Assembly: GCA_043228905.1 (NCBI GenBank)
Contig: JBHGNT010000005.1
Span: forward strand, 9,052,001 to 9,116,000
Reading direction: 5' to 3'
Source of the DNA: Azolla caroliniana
Lineage: Eukaryota; Plantae; Polypodiophyta
DNA: 64,000 nucleotides
A model generated the notes under the pieces. The model saw only the letters and a list, made by a program, of their open reading frames with translations, made no database searches and was not told the origin of the DNA. The translations under genes were made by a program, and so were the position numbers. Positions 1 to 11,292 of the stretch are shown one piece after another (position 1 is the first letter of the stretch; every line of letters starts with the position of its first letter).

Positions 1-1838
1 GCTTTGGATTTCGATTGAGAGGGGTAGTGACGGGCTTATACTGTGTCATCCCAAACTTGTAGAGAAGATTGAGGATATTGTGCCTTTGAGAAAGCATGAT
101 ATTGTTAGGAGTCTGAATTACTTCTATTCCTAAAAAGTAATGAAGCTCCTCCATGTCTTTCATTTCGAATCGGCGGGAGAGGAGCTTCTTGATGTGCTCA
201 ATATCTGCTAAATGCTATCCTCCTATGACCAAGTCATTCACATAAATGATGATAAATACCTGTCCTCTAGAGTCACTCCGAATGAACAGAGAGTTGTCAG
301 ACTTGGACATTCGAAAGTTGATTTGGTGAAGATATTGCGTTATCTTCGAATGTCATGCTCTCAGTGCCTGCTTGAGATCGTAGAGAGGCTTTTTGAGTCG
401 GCAGACATCAGTTGGATGCGTAGTTGACCCGAATCTGGCCGGTTATATCATGTACACCTCCTCTTCTAACTCGCCTTGGAGGAAGGCGTTCTTCATGTCC
501 ATTTGGTGGAGGTGCCACCCTTTTGTTGCTACAAGCGCTTTCACGGTTCGAATTGTAGTCATATTTGTCACCGGGGAAAAGGTCTCTTCATAATCGACAC
601 CGTACGTCTGTGCATAGCCCTTTGCCACAAGCCGGGCCTTGTACCGATTGACAGTGCCGTCGGCGTTGTGCTTCACTTTGAAGATCCACTGACATCGAAT
701 TGCCTTTTGGTGGTGTGAAGAAGGGATGAGATCCCATGTCTCGTTCTTGGAGAGTGATTGCATCTCCTCATTCATCACTTCGACCCATCTAGGGTCCTTC
801 GCGGCTTCGGAAAAGGTTCTCGGTTCTCGGGCTGTCACCACCTTCATCATGAATGCATAATGATATACCATGTAGTCGTTGTAACCGAATCGGCAGACTA
901 CGTTCTTCTCTAGGGTGGAGTGACGTGGCGCTCCTGGTGTCCTCATGAAGGGCACATTAGTCCACTATACTCATTGTCGTGTGAGTGAGTTGATTCATTT
1001 CCATCTGGGTCTTCGTACTCATGTATTTTGGCTTACCTTTGATATTCTTCATTGGACTTGGCCGTGACGTGCTTTGGTCGCTTGGAGGCTCTTGTGGTCC
1101 ACTCAACCTGGTTGAGATTGGACTTTCCTCTGATGTGGGCTTCAATCGATCATCCTCCCCCGCATTTGTGTTGAACTCGGTTTCGACTATGTTGGATGGG
1201 GCTGATTTGATTGTATACCAGGATGCCAACTCGTCGAATACGACATCCCTACTTACTCGTACCTTCTTGGTGGAAGGGTTAAAACACTTATACCCTTTTT
1301 GCTTGAGTGAGTACCCTACGAGTATACATTTCCCCGACTTGGGATCAAGCTTCTATCGCTTCTCGTCGGGAATATGTACATATGCTATTGAACCGAATAT
1401 CCTGATGTGGGATAGATCTGGTTTCTTCCCATAGAACTTTTCGTGGGGGGTAATATCGTGCACTCCTGATGTTGTGCAACGGTTCATTAGATAGATGGTC
1501 ATGTTCGCCTCTTTAGCCCGATATGATTTTGGCAGATATTTTTCTTTCATTATTGCCCTTGCCACCTCGAGTATGTGCTGATTCTTGCGTTCGGCTACTT
1601 CGTTCTGCTGAGGTGTGTGTTGGCAAGTAAACTCCCGCCAGATTCCTTCTTGTCGAAGGTATGCAGTAAAGGCATCAGAGAAGTACTCTTTGTCGTCGTC
1701 CGATCGAAGGCATCGTACATGATGATTGGTTGCCTTTTCGACTTCGTTCTTGAATTTCTAGAAGTGTGAGAACACTTCACTCTTTTGGCGCATGGGATAA
1801 ATCCAGGTATGTTTGGAGAAGTCATCGATGAATGTTAC
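1..1838 (-). mobile_element. Ty1/Copia element A, 3' part (degenerate integrase and RT), running off the window start
   Basis: Minus-strand ORF fragments with Copia motifs ([41 protein letters not shown]). The integrase motif GGCRYYVTFIDD is split at 1838/31771 by element B. Confidence 0.9.
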
Positions 1839-2731
1839 TGTAAAGAAAGGAGGGTGATTGTATGCAGTGGTAGGACTATGTGTGTGTGTGTGTGTGTGAA
1901 CGCTTATGAGAAACGGAGAGAGAGAGAGAGTCTTAAGATGAGAAAACTATGTATTACATCCAACAATAACAAAGTTACAAAAGGTTGGTTTAAATACCAA
2001 CTAAACTAGGGCAAGGGCCCTTTCTACTATTTACAAAACTAGCATGATATGTCCATGAGCTAGTGTGAAACCTATTTCTATGGGAAGTTGAGTTTGATTC
2101 TCAACACGCCCCTTTGAACACAACTTCTGGATATCGAAAAATTGTTTTGGATCGGTCTTTGGAACGCTTCGAACTTCGATTGTTCGGCTTTTCGGTTGCG
2201 TACTCCTTGTTCGGCTTCGATCACTCGATCGGTTCACTGTTCTGTACTCCCCCTCAAGTTCGGCTGGTCGGGAATAAATAGGCCAAGGTTCGACGCGAAC
2301 TGCCGCAACTTGTTGATACCCAGGGCTTTCATGAAAATGTCGGCTACTTGTAGATTCATGCTGATGTGATGTAAGTCTATATCTCCGACCTACACGCGTT
2401 CGTGGATGAAATGGTAGTCACTTCGACATGCTTAGTACGAGCATGGAATACGGGGTTCCACGCCAGGTAGATACTACTCATGTTATCGCAGTATAGACGA
2501 ATCAGATCCTTGATGGCTATACCCAGATCCTTCAGTATACGCTTGAGCCATACGGCTTCGCACGCGACAACTGCTGCGCCCCTATATTTGGCCTCCGTGC
2601 TCGACAATGCGACTGTCAGTTGCTTCTTGCTACTCCATGAGATTGCTCCACTGCCGAGGGAGAAGACGAATCCTGATGTTGATCGTTGTCGCAAAGTTTC
2701 GCGTCCGTCTCTGTCCTCCCCTACCGCTCTT

Positions 2732-2747
2732 TCACGTCGGTTCACCA
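2732..2747 (-). promoter_or_regulatory. Primer-binding site complementary to the tRNA-Trp 3' end (element C)
   Basis: The minus strand reads TGGTGAACCGACGTGA, 1 nt after the LTR end GCGACA (2749). It matches the complement of the plant tRNA-Trp 3' end (recalled as ...TCACGTCGGGTTCACCA) with one base missing. Confidence 0.7.
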
Positions 2748-5700
2748 ATGTCGCGAAGCTTCGCGTGCGTGTGTCGCTCGAACGGGACCGCTGGGGCCTT
2801 GGACCAGGGAGACACAAGGGGTGAGGAAGTGGGAGATTCGCCACCACGTTTAACAAATGTTTAAGGAGAATATGCACGAGGTTAGGGAGAAATGTAGACA
2901 AAAATATACAAGAGTTATGTTGCCAAAATTAGGGTTTGTAGGTTAGATACCACAATTTAGGTGATTCTTTTACATAGAAATAGTTTCATCATTATTCAAA
3001 AATAGCTAATCAACACACAAGGGGCTGAAAATAATCTGATGAAGGCGAGTCTAGTGGGATCCGAGCTCAACTACTTCTGACAGCTATGTTGCCTTGATTC
3101 GGAGTAGCTCTCATGCCACTACAACCTCCCTTCTGCAACCGGCCACTGAGTTGACCACCATTGAGATGTTGAAGAAGTCGTCGTATAAGGAACCCAAACC
3201 CAAACCCTAACTCACAAGTAGATGCAAAACTTACAACTCTAAAACTCAAAAGAAAGAAGAACCCTACACGCTCATAAGGAACATAAAAACCCTAAACCTC
3301 GAGTTCTCTAATATGTTGAGGAGAAAGATAGAAAAGTAGAAAGAAGAAGTTCTCAAACCCTAACCCTAGAAGAAAAAGAAGAAGGAAAAAGGGATAAGGA
3401 GAAAGGGAGGCTACAAAACCCTAACCCAAGAAGAAGAGGAGGAGAAGATAAAACCCTACTGGTACACCCCTAAGGCAAAATGGGCGACCCCATACTAAGC
3501 CCTATTCCTCCCCTCTTATAGAGGAAAGAGGCGCCTATTTTAACATTTACATGCTTCTTTGTTTTTTTCCCTTTATCACAAAAATAGAAGGGGAGCAAAA
3601 TACTCCTTGGTTTGTAGCAAGAGAGACTCGAACTCTACGCCGCTCTATATATATTGTAAATAAATGGAGCTAATGGTGTAATGCAGTGGAAGATAATTGA
3701 GTGTGTGTGTGTGTATGCATGTAAGGCAAAACAGAGAGAGAGAGAGAAAGCTTAAGACAGAGATAAAAGATTGTATATTACATTAACCAAAATACTTCAA
3801 ACAGTAACTAAGTTACAAGGGGTTGGTTTAAATACCAACTAAACTAGGGCAAGGGCCCTTTCCACTATTTACAAGACTGGACTAGCATGTGTCATGATAT
3901 GGCAAGACTCGAACTCATGACCTTATGTGATATGGGTCGAGCTCTTGACCATTATACCATCTATTATAATACATAAGATATTTCATTTAAATTTTATTAT
4001 AGGAAATTAATGTATATTCCAGATTTCTCTAGAACATTCTAAAAGCTTCAGGACTCCTCCTGAGAACACTATAAAAGGAGGCACAAGGCATTATGTTGAA
4101 CCAAATTGGTTCAACGCCAGTCTTAAGCCTCATAGTCATCTTGTACTTACTCTTCATATAATATATCATCTATTATCATCATCTCTCTCTCTCTCTCTCC
4201 TCTTCTCTCTCCTCTCTCTCGGGAGTCTTACACAATCCTGTCCTCTTAGTACTAATAGTACTTCCCTTCTCCAGTACTAATTCTCTCTCTGTTTTAGTAC
4301 TATTCTTGATAGTTTGAACCAATTTGTCTCTAGTCTTCTTTTCGGTTTCCCTCATCCTCTTACCCTTTTTTTCCAATACTATGGCTACTATTGGCGCCCA
4401 AGAATATCAATCCGTTTTCTCCGAGTTACAGTGTCTAAAAGAAAAATTTGTTGCCTTGGAACAAGAAAACCAACGATTGTTAGGGGACCTTCAACAAATC
4501 GCTCTTGAAAAACAGCAAACGCAACAACAACATGGGGAGTTGCAACAACAACATGGGAGTTAGCATTATGTGTACAACAACTCGAAGCAACCATTGTACT
4601 GTTGCAACAACAATGATCAAGTCCCCAAGGATTTCATAAAGAGCCCAAGATTGGACTTCCTGTGAAATTCAATGGAACGTGATCGCAATTCAGGGGATTT
4701 CTTAATCAGGTACGCTTAGTCATTCAAATGCATCCTTCCCGATACCCTACTAATGCATCCCGAATCGGCCTAATAGGCACATTGCTTAGTGGCTCAGCCT
4801 TGGCATGGTTCGCTCCACTTCTAGAAAACAAATCGCCCTTGCTTAATAACTTTGAAGACTTTATTAGCGAGTTTAAAGCATGCTTTGGAGATACAGACAA
4901 CATCAGGACGACGATCAACAAAATCCGACGTTTGCGTCAAGGTGATCCTCCAGCCTCTGCCTACGTGGCGGATTTCCGTCTACTCGCCTCAGATATCCCC
5001 TGAGATGATTAGGCACTGATGGAGTAGTTTCGCTATGGCCCGCGAAACGATGTCAAAGATTTACTCCTAACCTTCCCCGAAGAACCAAAGTCTCTTATAG
5101 AGGCAATTAGTCGAGCGGTCCGATGCGACAATCGCCTTTTCGAACGACGTTCTGAACGTCAATTACAAATACCACGCCCTAGGCCGGAGCCCACATATGC
5201 CTCAGTCGCGGCTAAACCGTTTGCACGAGACGTATCTCAAGCAAATACTCTGACACCGATGGAGATCGATACCATACGTCGACGTGGCCCGTTATCGGAA
5301 GAAGAAAAGCAACGATGACATGCAAATCGATTATGTCTTTATTGCGGTGGACTAGGGCATATCGCAATCAATTGTCCCCATAGGCCAAGAAGACAGGTAA
5401 ATCAAATCGTAGCCTGTACTAAACCCGAATCAATTCTTCCCTTAAGAGTGTTTGATAGTATTAATAGTACTAATAGCCCAAGTATATCAAACAAATTTGA
5501 AATCCTTAGTCAATTAGAAGAAGAGTTAAACGATTGAGTCCAGCCAAAATAGGAGCCGTTTGGTTGGACAACCCTAGATCTGTACAACCCATTAGTGGTT
5601 CCATTCCCTCAAAGCAAGTTAGCAATGTGTTCTTAGCCCAAGTCATGGTTAGTACTAAAAGTACTCCTCTAGTACATGTCCTAGCACTTTTAGATTCCGG

Positions 5701-5835
5701 AGCCAATCCTTGTTTCATGGATCAAAATTTTGCCCAAGCTTCACAGATATCCTTAAGAAAACTTCATTGCCCCACATCTGTAGTAGTCATTGATGGTCGT
5801 CCCATTGCTTCCGGGAATATTGTAGAAGAGTCCGA

Positions 5836-8800
5836 TGTTAAGAATCAAGCTCAACTTGGTCTAGTGTGTGAACTCACCTTAAGAGTGAATAGACAATCTA
5901 ACGGTCAAGAGTCACCATTATGTCACCACTTTGTATTCTAGCATTTAGTATGAGTCATAGAATCATATTCTATGACTTATAACTTATGAGCTTTCACATT
6001 CCCCATGATCCATGAGTCTTGCAGTTAATGTAGAGAGAGAGAGTGTGACTATATAAAGCACCCTCCTCCCACCTTGTAATGTTGTTGAGTCTTTCTCCTT
6101 TGTTAATACAATCTACCTTGCGTATTCTCTGTGTATTATTCCTTGTCTCTCTCACTCACTCTCTCTCTCTCTCTCATACACACACATAACTCACATCTCA
6201 TCTGCTTCACAAGAATCATATCTGATTCTTTACATGGTATCAGAGTGATTTGGTAGCTCGATCTAACCCATTCGCCTCATCGTGATCGTGTGTTGTGCTC
6301 TACGCCGACGACCAAGAACCGGCTCATCGCTATCGTAGCTTCGCTACATAGCTCGCATTCGAAGAGAGAAGAAGAAGAAGAAGAATCGACATAATGAATA
6401 CTCAAATGGGGAGCACTCTCCCTACCGAGAAGTTGGATCGAAACAACTTCGCATCTTTGGAGTACAAGATGCACCAATACCTTGTCGGACAAGGCTATTG
6501 GAGCTACATCAAAGGAGCGCATGAAGACTGACCCGCCGAAGTGGCTCCTGGATACACGCCATGGGAGCAAGCCGCAAGCCGCGTGATGTATTTCTTGGAG
6601 ACATGTGTTCACGATCACATGCTCGGATACATTCGCGAAGCCAAGACGCCGAAGGAGGCATGGGAAAATCTACGAAAGATTTTCGCAGCGAACACAACCG
6701 CAATACGGCTTCAACTCCTCCAAGAGTTGAACAACATTCAACAAAGGGACATGTCCATTATGACATATACCTCGAAGATCAAGGAGCTTTGTGATTCGCT
6801 CGGCTCAATAAGCGTAAATATCGATGATGATGAGATGGTTCAAATATGCCTCGACGGCCTCGCACAATGGTTCGGCGCGATGCGAACCGCCGTTCTAGCA
6901 CGGGAGAAATCTCCCTCCTTCTTTGAGCTCCAATCAATGCTATTGGTCGAAGAAAACTACGTGTGTACAAGGAGCAATGAGTCGGAAGGCCACATGCTCT
7001 ACACGCACTCAAACGGAGGAAGAGGACGCGTATAGTCGAGAGGCCGATTCGGCCAAGGACAAGGCGGACGAGGTCCGACCTACGATAACAACTCCCAATT
7101 TCGGCCGCAAAACGGAAGCCAACGAGGAACCTTCGCAAGAAGGGGGAGCTTCCACTCTGGCCTGAACCGTCAAGATGCAACCGAATGCGAATATTGTGGA
7201 AAACTAGGCCACCACGAAGAAGAATGCCGAAAGAAGATGCGTGAATCGGCTTCCACAAGCCGACAACTCACAAATTACGCGCACAACTCCGACTACGAAG
7301 ATCGTGGCAAAATGTATGCACACAACTCCGACCGTGGTGGAATGTTCATGATGAAACATAGAGCAAACTCTATGTCGGCCTCTACCTCAACTAGTGCCTC
7401 CGGTCCGGAAGACGTATGGTTCGTCGATTCCGGTGCCTCGAACCATATGACATCGCATTAAGAATGGTTCCGAGAACTTCGAGAGCCGGACCGACCCGGC
7501 TATGTTGAAACCGGAGACGACACTACGCACCCGATTCGGCACATCGGCAATGTTCCGTTCGGAAAAGAAGGTAAGCAAAATTACATTAAAAATGTCTTGC
7601 ATGTATCGACCATTACGAAGAATTTGGTCTCCGTCGGCCAAATTGTAGAACAAGGGATGCAAGTTCGATTTAATCAAGGCGGTTGCTTCATTGAAAAAGA
7701 GGGCCGACTCATCGCACGCGGAAGAAGAGAGGGCTGGATGTTCATTCTCGATTCACACGAGATGAAATCCTCCATGTTCGCGAAAAGCACGAAAACCGAC
7801 TCCGACATAGAGCTATGGCACAAGCGAATTGACCCCATCAATCTCAACAAACTCAAAGCAATGAAATTGAAAGGAGTCGTCATCGGACTCCCGACATTCA
7901 AAGAGAAGGAGATTGAAGGTGTAAGCGAAGCGTGCCAATTCGGCAAGCAACACCGACACCCATTCCCGAAAGAGCGGAACGTGAGCAAAGGTCTACTTGA
8001 CGTAGTCCATTCCGACATATGGGGATTGGCGCAGACGGCTACATTCGGCGGATGCCGTATTAGGTGCTCTTCATCGACGACTTCTCCAGGCACACTTGGA
8101 TCTACCCGATGCAGCAAAAGAGCGAAGTGTTCGGACACTTCCAAACATTCAAGAATGAAGTCGAGAAAGCCACGGGCCGACATGTACGTTGTCTTCGATC
8201 GGATGGCGGCAAGGAGTACTTCTCAAACGATTTCTCGGTGTATCTCCGAAAGGAAGGAATTCGGCGAGAATTCACTTGCCGACACACTCCGCAACAAAAC
8301 GGAGTAGCCGAGCGCAAAAATTGGCACATCCTTGAAGTAGCGCGTGCCATGATGAACGAGAAGCATATGCCCAAGTCATATTGGGCCGAAGCTGCAAATA
8401 CGGCCGTCTACCTAATGAACCGGTGCACAACATCTGGTGTGCACGAGGTCACTCTGCACGAAAAATACTTCGGAAGGAAGCCGAACTTATCGCACATTCG
8501 GATATTCAGCGCGATAGCGTACGTGCACATCCCCGACGAGAAGCGTCAAAAGCTTGACCCGAAGTCGGAGAAATGTATCCTCGTAGGATACTCACTGGAG
8601 CAAAAGGGGTACAAGTGCTACAACCCCTCAACTCGAAAATCTCGAGTAAGTCAAGACGTCGTGTTTGATGAGTCCGCATCCTGGTATGCACCAGAGACAA
8701 CTCCGACTCCGACTCCGCTCGACCCAGACTCCGCCGAACAAGAGATAGAGGATGAAGATCGCCTTACGTGCATGTTTGAAGAAAGTCCGAGCACGACCCG

Positions 8801-11292
8801 ACTGAGTGGACCACAAGAGCCTTTGAGTGATCAAAGCACATCACGACCTAGCCCGAAGATGGACAAAGGCAAGGCGAAAATGTCGGAATACGAAGACGAT
8901 CGCTTCGACGACAATGAGTCAACTCACTCAATCGACAGTGAGTTCGGCGGCTTCGATGTACCAATCGGAGCTAAGAAAGCCCTCATCTTTGCAAACGAGA
9001 AGCTCCGCCGATCCACCCGTGAAAAGAACCCCGTAAGCTGATTCGGCTACAACGATTATATGGCGTACCATTACACCTTTATGATGAAGGTAGCAACAGT
9101 ACGGGAGCTGGAAACATTCTCTGAAGCAACCAAGGATCTGCGATGGATCGAAGCCATGAACGAGGAGATGCAAGCACTACGCAAGAACGAGACATGGGAT
9201 CTCGTTCCCACCTCACCACACAAAAAGGCGATTGGATGCAGATGGATTTACAATGTGAAGTACAACGCCGACGGTTCCGTCAACCGCTACAAAGCGCGAC
9301 TCGTAGCGAAAGGCTACGCACAAATGCACATCGTTGACTACGAAGAGACCTTTGCCCCGGTGGCAAAGATGATGACGGTATAGACCATAATTGCGCTTGC
9401 CGCGGCGAAAGGGTGCCACCTCCATCAAATGGACGTCAAGAATGCCTTTCTACAAGGCGAATTAGAAGAGGAGGTGTACATGATACAACCACCCGGCTTC
9501 AACTCGAGCACCCATCCGAAAGTTGTATGCCGACTCAAGAAGCCACTCTATGGCCTCAAGCAAGCACCGTGTGCTTGGCATTCGAAGATAACGCAATATC
9601 TTCATCAAATCGGCTTCCGTATGTCAAAATCAGACAACTCCCTCTACATACGAAGCGATTCTGCAAGTCCGATCATCATCATCTTATATGTGGATGACCT
9701 AGTCATTGGAGGTGAGCATCTCGTCGAAATCAATAAGGTCAAATCCCTCCTTTCCGACAATTTCGAGATGACGGACATGAAGGAACTCCACTGCTTCCTC
9801 GGCATCGAGGTAATTCGGACTCCGGCCGGAATCATGATTTCTCAACGACACTACATCCTCAACTTGTTATACAAGTTCGATATGGCTAAGCGCAAATCCG
9901 TGGCAACCCCGCTCGATCGTAATCTCAAACTAGATGCGAACTCCGGCACCAAAGCGTGTGAGCCGACTTAGTATCGGCAACTCATCAGGAGTCTCATCTA
10001 CCTCACGATCACTCGACCGATCTCAGTTATCCGGTCGGTCTCCCTAGTCAATTCATGCAAACACCGCATGATACTCGGATTGTGCTAAGCGAGTTCTACA
10101 GTACGTGAGCGGCACAATAGATTGCGGCATCCTCTACAAGACCGCGATGCCAATACGCCTCGAGGGGTACACAGACGCTGATTGGGCCCGCTACAAAGAC
10201 GATAGAAGATCAACCTCCGTATTTGTTTTCTTCCTCAGCAGCGAATCAATATCCTGGAACAACAAAAAGCAACCAACCGTCGCTCTTTCGAGCACAGAGG
10301 CGGAATACAAGGGCGCGACAATGGCCGCATGTGAAGCCGTATGGCTCAAAAGGATAATCAAGGATCTGGGCGTACCCATCAAGGATCCAACTTCCCTTTA
10401 CTGCGACAACATGAGCAATATCTATCTGGCTCAGAACCTGGTGTTCCACGCGCGGACAAAGCACATCGAAGTGCACTATCACTTCATCCAAGAGCGTGTT
10501 CTAGCTGACGATGTCGACCTACAACACATTAGCACAAATCTTCAAACGGCCAACATCTTCACTAAAGCATTAGGAGCCGACAACCTATGGCAATTCATGA
10601 CCGATCTCGGATTGACGATCCCTGACCTGCCTAGCTTGAGGGGGAGTACTGAAGACATTACACAATAACGTGTTGATTACGCATCCATGCAACGAAGCCG
10701 TGAAGAGCCGATCTACCGCGCAAAGCCGCGAAGAAAGATGCAAGCCGAAGCACAGACTTCGGAACTATGCACAACGCAAGTTGGAGCACATATTTCACAA
10801 CTCCGCATAAATGTGAGTCGATGCGGACTCCGGAACACGAGTCGAAGCGGATTTCGGATACCGTCTGAAACCGACCTGAATTGAGCTTGAGGGGGCGTGT
10901 TGAGAATCAAGCTCAACTTGGTCTAGTGTGTGAACTCACCTTGAGAGTGAATAGACACTCCTACGGTCAAGAGTCACCATTATGTCACCACTTTGTATTC
11001 TAGCATTTAGTATGAGTCATAGAAACATATTCTATGACACATAACTTATGAGCTTTCACATTCCCCATGCTCCATGAGTCTTGTAGTTAATGTAGAGAGT
11101 GTGTGTGACTATATAAAGCACCCTCCTCCCACCTTGTAATGTTGTTGAGTCTTTCTCCTTTGTTAATACAATCTACCTTGCGTATTCTGTGTATTATTCC
11201 TTGTCTCTCTCTCTCTCTCACTCACTCTCTCTCATACACACACATAACTCACATCTCTTCCGCTTCACAAGAATCATATCCGATTCTTTACA
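5836..11292 (+). mobile_element. Copia element H (full length, with several stops and frameshifts) inserted in the protease of G
   Basis: LTRs 5836-6234 and 10898-11292; PBS TGGTATCAGAG 6235-6245; PPT GAGGGGGCG; TSD TCCGA/TCTGA. gag-PR-INT-RT-RH fragments at about 6394-10668 (DSGAS, RSDGGKEY, LYVDDL). Confidence 0.95.

Noticed and set aside
3191-3460. Interstitial telomere or chromosome-fusion scar
   Set aside because: The motifs are dispersed single telo-boxes within an LTR, not tandem TTTAGGG arrays.
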